A stretch of DNA of 64,000 nt from an uncultured Thermococci archaeon (GCA_964595645.1 CAZQQT010000005.1:1-64000), one strand, 5' to 3'; counted from the first letter of the stretch, positions 1 through 11,397 are shown. Numbers and translations are program-made. The notes: generated by a model not told the origin, from the sequence alone.

Positions 1-51
1 TCGAACACCGCGTGGAGAAGTACGGGGATCCCCTCCACTCGATAAAAATCG

Positions 52-843
52 ATGGAAACAGAGCTAACTCTCTCAAATCTATCCATTGAGTACAACGAAA
101 ACGAAGTCATTCTCTCCTGTGATGCATCAAACCTTGGACCATTAAATGCTGACAACGTCACAGTACAGTTCTACAACGGAAAGCCGGAGAACACTAACGT
201 TATCGATGAGAAAACTATAACTTTAGCATCAGAAGAAACCAAACGCGTTACTGTACCGTGGACTGTGGAGGATGGGATCTATACCATCTACGCGGTCATC
301 GATCCCGACGACACTATAAGCGAAAGTGCGGAGTACAACAACACGATCTTCAACCAGTTCAGTATCGATAGAACACCGCCGGAGGCGAGGATAACCTTCA
401 ACACTGAAACACAAGGCATTGAAGTCATCGGCGTAGACAATATCGACGATAATGTGGACGTAAGCTATGAAGAGTACAACGAGAAGGGGAAATCATATAG
501 AGTTTACGAGTTGAGAGATGACACTGGGAATACACTCGAAATAACAAAGAAATACAAAAAGCGACCCAATACGTTGGATATAGAGATACTGGAACTGACA
601 TATAACAGCGAGACAACAACACCCCAAAAGAACAACTTCCACATTGTCTCCGTCTACAAAAAAGGAAAGCTTAAGAATTTAGTACAACATTTAAAAGTTG
701 CTAAAGGCAACATAAAAGTAAAGTATTTTCCAAAAAAAGATGAGTCGATGATAAGGATAAACGGAGAACAAGGGAGAAGAGATATGCTGGTACTCATTGT
801 TCTTGGAACGGAGAAAGGTACTTTAAGTTATATACTGGAGTGA
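52..843 (+). CDS. CARDB/Ig-like domain surface protein, probably the C-terminal part of a larger (possibly frameshifted) gene
   Basis: CARDB-like motifs NLGPLNADNVTVQFY and IYAVIDPDDTISESAEYNN. An in-frame stop lies at 43-45, but another frame is open from the window edge (EKYGDPLHSIKID). Confidence 0.6.
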   Translation: METELTLSNLSIEYNENEVILSCDASNLGPLNADNVTVQFYNGKPENTNVIDEKTITLASEETKRVTVPWTVEDGIYTIYAVIDPDDTISESAEYNNTIFNQFSIDRTPPEARITFNTETQGIEVIGVDNIDDNVDVSYEEYNEKGKSYRVYELRDDTGNTLEITKKYKKRPNTLDIEILELTYNSETTTPQKNNFHIVSVYKKGKLKNLVQHLKVAKGNIKVKYFPKKDESMIRINGEQGRRDMLVLIVLGTEKGTLSYILE

Positions 844-847
844 GTGT

Positions 848-1282
848 ATGGGCTTTATTCCTGAAGAGAAAGAGGAGCGGAAGTGGTTTATTAGAGTTAT
901 TCTCCTTGGGATATTGGGACTTCTAATAATCTTCCTCTTCGCCTTTGTTCTGCCCATAATAATCCCAAATGCTATTTTGTTTTACATTTTCGATTTTAGT
1001 TTGTATGGAATTCTTTTTTTTATTATAGGTCTCTTTGCGGGACTAAGTTCCAATTTAAATGAAAATAAGCTTTCTAAAATTTGTTTTAAGGGTATATTAT
1101 GTCTTGAGACACTACCCTTCCTTTTTTTGTTTTTTTTCATAGCTTTAGGAGGTTTTATCTTCATTTCTTTATTGCTGTCTTTGTTAATATTCTTTACAGC
1201 TATATCTTGTAGTGTAGGTAGCCGTTCAGGAACAAAGTTAAGGAGGAAGCGTACAGTAATCACGAAGGCAAGTGGGAAATGA
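848..1282 (+). CDS. hypothetical integral membrane protein (~4 TM)
   Basis: 144-aa ORF with long hydrophobic stretches, 4 nt after the upstream stop. Confidence 0.65.
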   Translation: MGFIPEEKEERKWFIRVILLGILGLLIIFLFAFVLPIIIPNAILFYIFDFSLYGILFFIIGLFAGLSSNLNENKLSKICFKGILCLETLPFLFLFFFIALGGFIFISLLLSLLIFFTAISCSVGSRSGTKLRRKRTVITKASGK

Positions 1283-1535
1283 TCGAAGTTTTGGTAGACT
1301 ACGACAAGTTCCAACAGAGCGGTGCAACAATAAGAAAAAGCTATCAGGACTAATCTCTGTACAAAAAGGAATTCAAGAATTCAGTGTAGCATCCAAAGAT
1401 CGGGGATGAATAACTGTTATCGAAGATAAAGGAGGAACAGAGTGCAGGTTGAGACGTATCCCTCTGCGGCGAATAAATTGGATAACACCGCTATGCAAGA
1501 ACTAACCTTTAAATTCTCATGGTGTAAGGGAGGGC

Positions 1536-2384
1536 ATGATCGGCGAACTCCTCGCGATACTCTCTGCACTGATATGGGCACTTTCCTCCGTGTTCTACAA
1601 GATAGGATTAAAGGACATGAAGCCCACAACAATCAACACAATACGCCCGCTCGTGGCACTGTGTTTTCTCACGGTGGTCTTGCTCCTCTCGGGAGATGCC
1701 GAGCAAATTCTCGATCTCTCCTTGAAGGAACTATCTTATATTCTCCTAGCCACTCTTTTTGGTCTTGTAATAGGGGATCTCCTGTACCTGTTCAGCTTGA
1801 AGGCGATAGGTATCGCCAGAGCGTATCCGGTGTCTAACACGTATCCCATTTTTACACTTGTACTGGCACCATTATTCTTGGAGGAAACGATAAGCGCGAA
1901 ACTGATCGTTGGGGCAGTCATGATCGTGGCCGCCATTTTTCTCCTTTCAGAGAAACGATTCGATCTCGAGATTAGAAAGGGTATCTTTCTCGCTGTAGGT
2001 GCTTCCTTCTTCTGGGCGACATCTATGACGATTATGAAAGTTGCAATGAGTAGTATTAGCCCCCTAGTGTTTTCAACGCTACGGATGGCGATTTTTGCCT
2101 CGTTTCTTCTCTTCTACACAGTAAAATATGAGAAAATCGAGTTTTTTCATATTACAAAAAGCTGGGGTATTGTTGCACTGGGAGGGATCTTCGATCTCGG
2201 CATTGGCATCTTGTTATTTTTAACAGCATTGAAGCACATCGATGTGTCAAAGGCGTCCCCACTCAATGGCACCGCACCGATATTTGCTGTTATGTTCGCA
2301 CTCCTTCTCACAAATGAGAAAATCACTGTGAGAATACTGTTAGGCGTCGTTCTCTCCTTTTTAGGGGTCCTGGTCATTGTGTAA
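1536..2384 (+). CDS. EamA/DMT family transporter
   Basis: 282 aa, ~10 TM, two EamA repeats (PIFTLVLAPLFLEE; PIFAVMFALLLTNE). Confidence 0.9.
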   Translation: MIGELLAILSALIWALSSVFYKIGLKDMKPTTINTIRPLVALCFLTVVLLLSGDAEQILDLSLKELSYILLATLFGLVIGDLLYLFSLKAIGIARAYPVSNTYPIFTLVLAPLFLEETISAKLIVGAVMIVAAIFLLSEKRFDLEIRKGIFLAVGASFFWATSMTIMKVAMSSISPLVFSTLRMAIFASFLLFYTVKYEKIEFFHITKSWGIVALGGIFDLGIGILLFLTALKHIDVSKASPLNGTAPIFAVMFALLLTNEKITVRILLGVVLSFLGVLVIV

Positions 2385-2473
2385 CCTCGATGAAAAAGTA
2401 GACGATTTATAGAAAAGTTTTTTAAGTAACTTGATAATAAAAAATTAAAGGAAAGATTTTTTGAGGGATACTA

Positions 2474-3577
2474 ATGGCAGAAGACAGAAATATGGAGATT
2501 GAAATTGCCAAATTAAAACAGCAGATTGAGGATCTGGCAGGGTCAATGAGATATGCTGGAGGTGATAGAGATCTCATTGAACGTCTCGACAGACTTATTG
2601 AGGTGTTGAGTGCCGCTGCTATGGAGGAAGAAGGACCCGATAAAATTAATAAGCTCATCGAGTTACTCGCGGAGGAAGCGGAGGGAGAACCGGATCTCGC
2701 TATGGATGAGATTGCCAGAAGCCTTACAGGGATTGCAGAGACGATGAGGGAAAATACAGAGCTTCTGAGAGAAACTGTTGAGCGACTGGAAAAGGTCGAG
2801 AGGGATCTTGAAGAGAGAGAACCCCCTCCAGCCAAATCTCCCGAAAGGGCTGTATCCAAAGAACCTACACCTGAGAAACCACCAGAAGAGGCTCCCAAAA
2901 GGCCGAAGGCGGACGTGTCAAAGGGCGTTCGTGGGATAGACCTCCTCGAAGAGGAAGAACGTGAGAAACCAGAAGGACCTGAGGAGGAACTAGAGAGACC
3001 TGATGTCACGGAAGGGAAGACACCGGCTGCCGATATTTTTGGAGAAGAGGTTATGCCGGAGGATATACCCAAAGGAGAGTCACTTGATGAGATCCTCTCG
3101 GAGGCAGAAAAACTTGGGATCGATACGAGTCACATCCGTGAGAAGCGAAGCACAGGTGCGGGTGGTGTTGTACTGCCCTATGTGCTTGGTGCTGTGTGGC
3201 TTGTGCTCGGTGTGTTACAGTTCTTATCTCCCTTGGAGATCTCGATGGTCACACAGATCAACGAGTTCATGATGAACAATGAAATGACGGGGATGCTTTT
3301 CAGCATATTTTTGATGGTCACCGGAATACCGATGATATTTATTGGGATGCAAGGAGAACCGGAAAAGGACTCGGCCATTTTCAACGTGATTTCCTACATT
3401 ACCGGTGCACTGTGGGTGCTTGTAGGTGTTATTTTCCTTGTGTTCATAATGCAAGGAACGGAGATAACAGAGATGGATCCCATGATACTCCTCCCCAGTA
3501 CAGGGATCATGCTCGCATCAGGAATGCTGGGTATCTTCATTGGGGTCTCGATGTCCCAGGGAAAATTTGGCATATAG
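2474..3577 (+). CDS. hypothetical protein: acidic coiled-coil/Pro-Glu-rich N-terminus, multi-TM C-terminus
   Basis: 367-aa ORF with GAGG RBS; composition pattern visible in the translation. Confidence 0.75.
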   Translation: MAEDRNMEIEIAKLKQQIEDLAGSMRYAGGDRDLIERLDRLIEVLSAAAMEEEGPDKINKLIELLAEEAEGEPDLAMDEIARSLTGIAETMRENTELLRETVERLEKVERDLEEREPPPAKSPERAVSKEPTPEKPPEEAPKRPKADVSKGVRGIDLLEEEEREKPEGPEEELERPDVTEGKTPAADIFGEEVMPEDIPKGESLDEILSEAEKLGIDTSHIREKRSTGAGGVVLPYVLGAVWLVLGVLQFLSPLEISMVTQINEFMMNNEMTGMLFSIFLMVTGIPMIFIGMQGEPEKDSAIFNVISYITGALWVLVGVIFLVFIMQGTEITEMDPMILLPSTGIMLASGMLGIFIGVSMSQGKFGI

Positions 3578-3581
3578 GGAG

Positions 3582-6500
3582 TTATGCTTCCTCAACGACC
3601 TCAAATTTTTTTCCTGTGAACTGTTGTGTTTCTTGAAGCTCTACAGCAACGATCCGGGAGATATTGTCCCTCATGGAGACACCAAAGAGCCTGTCGGCAG
3701 AGGACATCATCGCATCTCGCAGCGTGATTACAATAAACTGGGAGTTTTCTGATGCTCTTTTTATCATTTCTGCCACTTTTTTTACATTCTCATCATCCAA
3801 ATGTGCATCGATTTCATCAAAAAGGTAGAAAGGTGCTGTTTTATATCGTTGAATAGCAAAAATGAAGGCTAATGCAGTGAGTGCCTTCTCTCCTCCTGAC
3901 ATTGCGGCTGTCGTCTTCATCTCTTTTCCCTGCGGCCGCGCTTCGATCTCTACACCTCCATCAAAGGGGTCCTCCTTGTCTTCCAAGAGGAGATCACCTT
4001 CCCCTCCAGAGAGTTCAAGAAATATCTCTGAGAAGTTGTCTGCCACTTCGTTAAAGGTTTCCATGAAGACTTCTTTTTTCCGCCGTTCTATTTTGCCAAT
4101 AAACTCGAGTACTGCTTCTTTTTCCTTCTGTATCTTCTTGTACTTTGTTTTTAAGGTGAGGTACCGCTCTTCAGTTTCCTCAAACTCTTCAATGGCTCTC
4201 ATATTGATGGGTTCAAGCCCCTCCTTCTCTCTGCGCATCCGCTGTATCTTGAAACTGAGCTCCTCAATATCCTCTCGTATTTCTGTTTTTTCGTAGGCGT
4301 CTGCTTGTGCAGAAATTTCTTCGATCTTTTCTTTTAAGTCTCGAGTTCTCTGCTCCAAGAGGCTGATCCTCGTGTGCAGATTTGTGATTGTTTTTTCCCG
4401 TGCTTCTTTTTCTTTCCTGGCAGTGCTAATTTCCTCGTTTGCAGTAGATCGTCTCTTCTTCACGTCTTCTAGTTCTTCTTTTTTTCGTTCCATTGATTTC
4501 TCAACTTCATCAATACGCTCCTGTGCGGTTTTTAAGGAGGCTTCATATTGCTCAACGGTTTGTGCCATCTTTTTGGAGTACTCTTCATTTTCTGTTATTT
4601 TTTTCGATGTTTTAGCATGATCGGTGGTGAGCACATCGAGTCTGGATTTTTTCGATGCGTACTGTTTATCCAGTTCCTGGTACTGGGATCGTAGATCCTC
4701 ACGCTCTTTTTTCAGTGCATCCAGTCGTTCCAGTTCTTCCCCCGATCGCTCCATAAGCTTCGCGTACAGTGCATCTTTCTTCTGTTCCATATCTTCCAAC
4801 AGCTGTTTTCGATCCGAATATTCCTCACGGAAAAGAGAGAGTTCCGACTCTATTTCTTTTAATTTTCTTTCATCTTCCTCTATACGTTCTTTTAATTTTT
4901 TAATCTCTACCCCCTGTACGTTTTCTTCGATAGCACTTGTAAGTGTTTTTATCTCTGTTCGTATCTCCGTTTTTTTTCGCTCTTGTTCTTTCAGTTTCTT
5001 TTTCACTGTCACAAGATCTTTTTCAAGCGAGTTCTTTTCGGATTTTATCTCTTCTATTCTCCCCTGCAGTTGTTCCAACTTTTTGGTTTCCTCTTTTTCT
5101 TCGAATCCCCCCCTCGGCCTGTAGAATCCACCGGTGACTACGTTTGTTCTTTCGATGAGCTCTCCATCCAGCGTGACTCTCCTGAAGGACTCAAAATTCT
5201 TTGCGCAGTCCATGTTTTTGATCACAATGGTATCACCAAACACGTACTCAAATGCAGGGCTCAGTATTTCATCGAACTCCACGAGGTTGATGGCGTAGTC
5301 AACAAACCCTTCACGCTTCTCTACATCTCGCAGACGTCCACTCCTAATCTTATCCAAAGGGATAAATGTGGCTCTCCCAACCCTTTCTTTTTTTAGGTAC
5401 TGTACACACTCTTTCGCCGTGTCAGCTGTATCAACTACGATATAGTCAAGTCGCCTCCCCGCTGCCACCTCCAGTGCAGTACTGTACTGTGTATTCACCG
5501 TTCCTAAATTCTTTATCCTCCCGTAGATCCCTTGGATCCCCGATGTTTTCAGCTTTTTATACGGTTTATCTTTTCTTTTGTCGAGCGACTTTCGTGCCTT
5601 GATGGAAGATTTTATCTTTAAAAGCTCCTCTTTCTTGTTCCACAATTCTTTATCCAACTTATTTATCTTATTTTCTATTTTTTTTACTTCCGATTTGTAT
5701 AACGTTACACGTTCATCGATTTCATGGAGGGCGGATTGATGTTCATCAATCTGAGTTCTGATACTGGCGCGGCGGGATTTCTTTTTCTGATATTCATCTC
5801 TATTCTTCTTTATCGTTTCTTCTAAATACTCTTTTTTGTTTTTTAGAGATTCAAGTTCGTTTTTCTTCTCATAAAACTCCTCCCTCTTCTTTTCTAACTT
5901 TTTCACAAGAGTATCATGATCTTTCTTTAAAAAATCTGTATCTTCCTGGATTTTCTTTTCTAACTCATTTATTTCTTTGCGATGAGATTCTATCTTTTCT
6001 TTCAACGAACGTTTTTTTTCATCGAGATTCGTGATATCTTCTTCAATTTGTTCGATTTCATTTTGAAGCTGTGTTTTTTCCCTTTTCAGTTCTTCTGTCT
6101 CCGATCTATTTTTTTCAAGATTTTCTTTCTCATGTGCGATTTTCTGTTCCAGTTTAAGTAGTTCTCTTTTTAGTTTCTCACTTTTTTTATTCGTTTCTAT
6201 ATACTCTGCATTTTTTCTGTCTAGCTCCTCTTCCAGTTCTTTCAACTTTGTTTCTAACGTGTTGATAGAGTCGATATATGATTGGAGTGCGGATTTTTTC
6301 TCCTCGATCTTTTCTTTACACTCACGAATTTTTTCCTTCTTTTTCTTCAGCTCTTTTTTATTCTTTTCCAGTTTGCTATGCACCAGTATTCCCATATGTT
6401 CCCGAATCTTTGATTTCAGATGGTTGTATCGTATTGCATCGTTTTTCTCTTTTTCGAGCCTGTCCATCTGTTTTTTGACTTCATCCATTACTAAATGTAC

Positions 6501-7064
6501 TCTTGCCAGATTTTCCTCCGCTTCTTCCAGTTCCCGCAACCCCCGCTCTTTTTTTTCATCGAACTCTGCGATTCCGGATATCTCTTCGATGATATTCCTT
6601 CTTTCAACAGGAGTAATATTGATAAAATCCATGATTTCCCCCTGGTGAACAATATTGTATCCGTCAGGGGTCACACCTGCTTCCAGTAAGAGATCCAGCA
6701 CGTACCGTCGTGTCTCTCTCTTCCCATTGACTCTGTACGTACTTGTTCCATCATCAGAAACTTCCCGTGCAATTACTACCTCCTTTTTTTCTATTGGGAA
6801 TTTTTCATCCTCGTTGTCGAAATAGAGAGACACTTTTGCTTGATTAGTGTTATCACCGGCGTATATAAGATCTGAGAATACTTCTGCCCTCATAGCCTTC
6901 GCAGAGAGGCCACCAAGGACGAATAAAAGTGCATCTGCAATATTGCTCTTTCCTGAGCCGTTGGGCCCGATGACACAGGTAAATCCCTCGGAGAGAGGAA
7001 GAGATACCTTTTTCTTTCCGTAAGATTTAAATCCCTTCATCTCTACCTTCTTAATATACACCAT
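3582..7064 (-). CDS. smc: chromosome segregation protein SMC
   Basis: Walker A GPNGSGKSN, long coiled coils, hinge GRATFIPL, signature SGGEK, Walker B LFDEIDAHLD. Confidence 0.98.
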   Translation of the reverse strand: MVYIKKVEMKGFKSYGKKKVSLPLSEGFTCVIGPNGSGKSNIADALLFVLGGLSAKAMRAEVFSDLIYAGDNTNQAKVSLYFDNEDEKFPIEKKEVVIAREVSDDGTSTYRVNGKRETRRYVLDLLLEAGVTPDGYNIVHQGEIMDFINITPVERRNIIEEISGIAEFDEKKERGLRELEEAEENLARVHLVMDEVKKQMDRLEKEKNDAIRYNHLKSKIREHMGILVHSKLEKNKKELKKKKEKIRECKEKIEEKKSALQSYIDSINTLETKLKELEEELDRKNAEYIETNKKSEKLKRELLKLEQKIAHEKENLEKNRSETEELKREKTQLQNEIEQIEEDITNLDEKKRSLKEKIESHRKEINELEKKIQEDTDFLKKDHDTLVKKLEKKREEFYEKKNELESLKNKKEYLEETIKKNRDEYQKKKSRRASIRTQIDEHQSALHEIDERVTLYKSEVKKIENKINKLDKELWNKKEELLKIKSSIKARKSLDKRKDKPYKKLKTSGIQGIYGRIKNLGTVNTQYSTALEVAAGRRLDYIVVDTADTAKECVQYLKKERVGRATFIPLDKIRSGRLRDVEKREGFVDYAINLVEFDEILSPAFEYVFGDTIVIKNMDCAKNFESFRRVTLDGELIERTNVVTGGFYRPRGGFEEKEETKKLEQLQGRIEEIKSEKNSLEKDLVTVKKKLKEQERKKTEIRTEIKTLTSAIEENVQGVEIKKLKERIEEDERKLKEIESELSLFREEYSDRKQLLEDMEQKKDALYAKLMERSGEELERLDALKKEREDLRSQYQELDKQYASKKSRLDVLTTDHAKTSKKITENEEYSKKMAQTVEQYEASLKTAQERIDEVEKSMERKKEELEDVKKRRSTANEEISTARKEKEAREKTITNLHTRISLLEQRTRDLKEKIEEISAQADAYEKTEIREDIEELSFKIQRMRREKEGLEPINMRAIEEFEETEERYLTLKTKYKKIQKEKEAVLEFIGKIERRKKEVFMETFNEVADNFSEIFLELSGGEGDLLLEDKEDPFDGGVEIEARPQGKEMKTTAAMSGGEKALTALAFIFAIQRYKTAPFYLFDEIDAHLDDENVKKVAEMIKRASENSQFIVITLRDAMMSSADRLFGVSMRDNISRIVAVELQETQQFTGKKFEVVEEA

Positions 7065-7120
7065 CTGAAGTAAAGTATGAAGGAAGATTTATATAAATTA
7101 CTCTTCGGACCTTCTCATTC

Positions 7121-7432
7121 TCAAATATCGAGACCGAACTGCCTTTTAAGACGACGGTATTTTGCTTCCATCTCATGTTCCACATTGATTTCCATTGTGT
7201 TGGCAAGATAGAATACTCCAAGGAGGAGATCACCTACTTCCTCCTGCAGTTTCTCTCGATCTGGTTCTTTTTTCTGGTACAGTTTCGCTCCTGATCTGCA
7301 TACTTTGTTCATCTCTGATGCTACCTCCCCCAGTTCTTCTGTTACAAAGGCCAACGCTCTGTATGGGTCATCGCTGGAACCAAACTCATGCGAAAGTGCT
7401 GCAGCCAATACTTTTATTTCATCCAATTCCAT
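7121..7432 (-). CDS. MazG-like nucleotide pyrophosphohydrolase
   Basis: TEELGEVA...EEVGDLL motifs; start taken at MELDEIK. Confidence 0.8.
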   Translation of the reverse strand: MELDEIKVLAAALSHEFGSSDDPYRALAFVTEELGEVASEMNKVCRSGAKLYQKKEPDREKLQEEVGDLLLGVFYLANTMEINVEHEMEAKYRRLKRQFGLDI

Positions 7433-7517
7433 ACAGCAATATCCAATACACACCATATAATTCTTGTCATGGTTCAACAGTAAGGTTTTAAAAGGAAAAG
7501 TGATAGAACATAACTGT

Positions 7518-7591
<74 letters not shown>

Positions 7592-7965
7592 CTCGTACAC
7601 TATGTTCTGTGTCGATACTCAGCCGGAACAGAAATATGGAAAAAATATGTTATAGTTTTGTACACAAAATGAATGCATTCAGATAAACAGAATATATTGT
7701 GCAGGAAGTAACTGAATTTCTTTCAATCGAGTGTTCTTTTAAAATTATTCTTGCGAATTTTCTGCTTTCCTTCGGAGTGCTCGAATGTGAACCTCCTCCT
7801 GTAGTAGATAACTCTTTTTTTCCCTCGTTGAGCGGGATCGTGCGAACCTTTCCTTCCTCTTCGAGTTCTTCTATCAATTGTTCCAATTCTTCTTCATCCA
7901 GTACCAATCCCTTTTCCTTTGCGATGAAATGGATTCTCTTGGAGGTGAGGTGTTCAAACACATAT

Positions 7966-8076
7966 CTGCGGCTCTACGTGGCAAAACGGATCCTCGACCA
8001 CTTCGACGGGACCTTCACTCTCTACGACATGGAGGAAGGAACGAAGATCACAGCCCGCCTTCCCTATGCGGACTGA
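7966..8076 (+). pseudogene. C-terminal remnant of a histidine kinase ATPase domain
   Basis: LRLYVAKRILDHFDGTFTLYDMEEGTKITARLPYAD aligns with the end of the kinase at 60990-63386 (GLYLTKRIIESYGGSLDIEKKETGTEVVLSIPEAD); no N-terminal part. Confidence 0.6.
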
Positions 8077-8082
8077 GATTCC

Positions 8083-9852
8083 TTATTCACTCCTTGAAAA
8101 CGTGAGTGTAAAAGTGGTGCCTTCTTCCTCTGCAGATTCCCCCCCTATACTCCACCCATGTGCCTCCACAATTCTTTTCACAATGGAGAGACCTATACCG
8201 AATCCGTCTGTAGAGTAGCCCATATCAAAAATCTTATCGAGATGTTCTTCTGGGATACCCTTCCCGTTATCCTTCACGGAAATTACGGATGCGTCTTCTC
8301 CTTGTTCAGCGGTTAGTTCCACACGGGTAGCTTCGCCATGGATAACAGCATTTTCAATGAGGTTATGAAACATTTCTTTTAATCGTTGAGGATCGCCTTC
8401 AATTATAGGGAGATCTTCCCATTTCACTGCGAGGTCATGATTCTCACTTACTTCTTCGAGCAGTTTGTTGAGATCCACCTTTTCTGGCTTGCCTATCGCT
8501 TTCCCGGCATCGGCGAGTTCCAGCTGTCTCGATACGAATTTTTCCATTTTCTCCGTGATACCCACGATTTTTTTTGCATTGGTTTCGGCTGTTTCCTCTT
8601 TCATGAGTGATAACTGTGCTCTATTTTTGATTATATTGATGTAATTCTTCAGATCATGGGAGACAGTATGCGCAAACTCTGAGAGTTCTTCTTTCTGTTT
8701 TTTGAGAGCTTCTTCTGTCTCTTTACGCTCGGTGATCTCCTGCACAGCGCCCAACGCACGGACAACATTTCCCTGCTCATCGAACTCCCTCTCTGCTTTT
8801 TCTCGAACCCACTTCACTTCATCTCCCACAACAATACGATGATCTATATTGGAAGGTTCTCCCTGAAGAGCTGCCTTCCATTTGTTGTCAACATACTCTC
8901 TATCATCGGGGTGAACACACTCCAAAAAGTCCTCGTAGGTAAGTTCTGTGTCCAGGGGAATGCCGAAGATGCGGTAGACCTCATCCGTCCACATAAGTTT
9001 ATTATTTTTTACGTCCAATTCCCATGTACCAATTTTTCCGATTTCTTGGGCCTTTTCAAGGTGATTCTGCTTTTGTTTTAATTCCTGTTCTGCCTTTTTC
9101 CTTTTGGTGATATCCAAAATCTGTGCTACTGTTTTTGGCTTTCCTTCCGGGTCTTTGATTACGCTGGATCTAACTTCCACTCGTCTTTTCTCACCATCTT
9201 TCCGAATAATATTAAACTCGTATCTCGAAGGAACGTTTTCTCCCCTTTGTCTTCGACGATACCGATCTGTCACAAGTTGCGTGCTCGCTTCGTCGAGAAA
9301 CTCTCGAAAGTCATGGTCGATGATCTCATCACGAGGATAGCCCAGTATTTCGCATAACGTGTCATTCACATAAGTGAGCGTGTAATTTTCGTCTATGATG
9401 AGAATTCCACTATGAGCGTTTTCCACGATGGAACGATATTTTTGTTCACTTTCCCGCAGTTCCTCTTCCATCTTTTTTCTTTCACTGATGTCTCTGTATA
9501 TCGCAAAAATGCCTACATGTTCACCATCGACAACCACAGGGGCACCCAGTATAGACACGAACAGTTCTTTCCCCTCCTTCGTTTTTCTTACTGAGTCAAA
9601 ATGCACTACTTCCCCGTTCATCACACGGGATGTACATCGTTTTCCTTCTTCTATTAACTTTTCGGGGATAATAAAGTCATCGATATCTTTTCCTTTCAGA
9701 TCATTGTAGTCGAACATCTCTTTAAAGGTAGAATTTGTGGTGACTACTCGATGGTTTTTGTCCATTAATACAATCCCCTCAGGAATAGTCTCAAGCACTG
9801 CTTCAAAGTACTTTTCACTGCCCCCTTTTTTGGGACTTTTTCTTTCATACAT
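8083..9852 (-). CDS. multi-PAS sensor histidine kinase (cytoplasmic)
   Basis: Three PAS/PAC repeats, H-box SHDLKN, N-box NLIENA, DNGKGI and GIGLSIV G-boxes. Confidence 0.93.
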   Translation of the reverse strand: MYERKSPKKGGSEKYFEAVLETIPEGIVLMDKNHRVVTTNSTFKEMFDYNDLKGKDIDDFIIPEKLIEEGKRCTSRVMNGEVVHFDSVRKTKEGKELFVSILGAPVVVDGEHVGIFAIYRDISERKKMEEELRESEQKYRSIVENAHSGILIIDENYTLTYVNDTLCEILGYPRDEIIDHDFREFLDEASTQLVTDRYRRRQRGENVPSRYEFNIIRKDGEKRRVEVRSSVIKDPEGKPKTVAQILDITKRKKAEQELKQKQNHLEKAQEIGKIGTWELDVKNNKLMWTDEVYRIFGIPLDTELTYEDFLECVHPDDREYVDNKWKAALQGEPSNIDHRIVVGDEVKWVREKAEREFDEQGNVVRALGAVQEITERKETEEALKKQKEELSEFAHTVSHDLKNYINIIKNRAQLSLMKEETAETNAKKIVGITEKMEKFVSRQLELADAGKAIGKPEKVDLNKLLEEVSENHDLAVKWEDLPIIEGDPQRLKEMFHNLIENAVIHGEATRVELTAEQGEDASVISVKDNGKGIPEEHLDKIFDMGYSTDGFGIGLSIVKRIVEAHGWSIGGESAEEEGTTFTLTFSRSE

Positions 9853-10223
9853 TATTGCTCACCTAGAGGTACTAAGCTTGATGCCGTTCCCACTAATTAC
9901 TAGAAACTGTAACTATCTATCTTTTCATGCCGTCTGTTTTTTTGCCTGTTTTTCTCACTTCTTTATTCATTTTTTCTTATCAAAAATTTTTTCTATTCGA
10001 ATATAAGAACATATTCTTTTTTTCGAATCTATCAATTATTCTCTCTTTTGATTGTTTATAAATTTTTCCATTCATCGTCGTGCGGTATAATTTAATCTGA
10101 ATAATTTTACTTTTTTCCTTACTTCCTGATGGACGAGAAAGCCCATTCATCTCCCCATATACCATCCCCATAATATTGCCTTCCTTTTCACTGGTTTTCT
10201 CTCAAAATATAATAGTAGGAATG

Positions 10224-11138
10224 TTAAAAATACTTCTGAAGCTTTGAAAATTCTTCTCCCAATTGTTCCCTCTTAATTAAGTAAAATCCAAAAAATATCA
10301 CGACGAATCCGACTACAGTGTACAGCTCTACATCCTCATCCAGTAAGAGCCATCCTGTCAGTGCCGCGAACAGTGGAGCAACATATGACACCAAATTGAT
10401 CTCGATAGGTCCTACCTGTTCGAGGAGATCGAAGTATATGATGAACCCTATTACACCGGAGACAATGGAGAGGTATAACACAGGGATCATGGCGTCTATC
10501 GTCCAGTGGATCGATGCAATGGGTTCAGATCTGAATAGACTAATTACCGTCATTAACATAGCCCCTACAATCATCGCCCAGGAGATGAATGTTTCTTTTG
10601 GAAGTGCAGAGTCTGATCGTTTCACCAGCACGCTTCCTAGAGCAAAGGAGGCAGCGGCCAGAAAGATCAGTCCCTTGGCCAGAACGGCCCCTGAAAGAAG
10701 ATGGGAAGGATCAGGTCGGGCGATAATAATGATTCCCAGTAATCCGAGAGTTACTCCAAGAAATCCACGTACTGTTAACCGTTCCTGAGGGAGGAGGGCT
10801 CGGGCAAATGCCGTGGTAAGTAAAGGACTTAAACTTACAATGACTGCGGCAACTGCACTGGTTGTAGAAAGTTCTCCAATGTAGAGAAATGCGTGGTAGG
10901 CGGCAAACATTAATGATCCACTTATAAGCACTGTGAGTATCTCATCTCTCTCTTTTGGGCACCATCTTCCCGTGACGTAGAGGGCATAAAGAAGCATAAT
11001 AAAGCCAGCGATATAGTAACGAATGGCAGCATAGAACACCGGTGGGAAGATCGCTAAGCCTGCTTTAATGGCCATAAAGGAAACTCCCCACATGGCCGCA
11101 AGTGAAACAAACGAGATGACATCTCGGTATTGTGACAT
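10224..11138 (-). CDS. EamA/DMT family transporter
   Basis: 304 aa, ~10 TM, WGVSF start motif, duplicated EamA domains. Confidence 0.9.
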   Translation of the reverse strand: MSQYRDVISFVSLAAMWGVSFMAIKAGLAIFPPVFYAAIRYYIAGFIMLLYALYVTGRWCPKERDEILTVLISGSLMFAAYHAFLYIGELSTTSAVAAVIVSLSPLLTTAFARALLPQERLTVRGFLGVTLGLLGIIIIARPDPSHLLSGAVLAKGLIFLAAASFALGSVLVKRSDSALPKETFISWAMIVGAMLMTVISLFRSEPIASIHWTIDAMIPVLYLSIVSGVIGFIIYFDLLEQVGPIEINLVSYVAPLFAALTGWLLLDEDVELYTVVGFVVIFFGFYLIKREQLGEEFSKLQKYF

Positions 11139-11360
11139 ACGAGATCTTCTTGGGATCTGTATTAAACGTTTGGTACGCTACCACGCTCTAAACCATTTTG
11201 GATACTTTCTCATTTCACATCTGACTTTTATGGTTCTGCGTGGAATAGAGTGAGTATACGATGGAAGATCGGGGGAGTATAGTAAGCATTTTTATTTTTC
11301 TGTTGGGAGAGTTTTGTTTTTATTACATTTTATGCAAATTTACTTTTTTTACCAGTAATG

Positions 11361-11397
11361 AAATAGATTTAAATACTTCGGAAGGGAAAAAAATATA
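11361..11397 (+). promoter_or_regulatory. TATA promoter of the 11398 gene containing a putative crRNA-like target (ACT + TCGGAAGGGA)
   Basis: TTTAAATA at 11368-11375, 22 nt before the ATG. 11378-11387 is identical to the 10 nt that follow the solitary repeat on the minus strand. Confidence 0.6.

Noticed and set aside
3862-6689. Several Ser/Phe-rich plus-strand ORFs
   Set aside because: Antisense shadows of the Glu/Lys-rich smc gene; the same applies to most short overlapping ORFs in the track.
7592-7965. Integrated element at tRNA-Thr
   Set aside because: No integrase and no duplicated tRNA 3' end seen; only gene fragments.
9900-10171. Short Lys-rich minus-strand ORF
   Set aside because: No recognisable motif; probably a decayed fragment or spurious.
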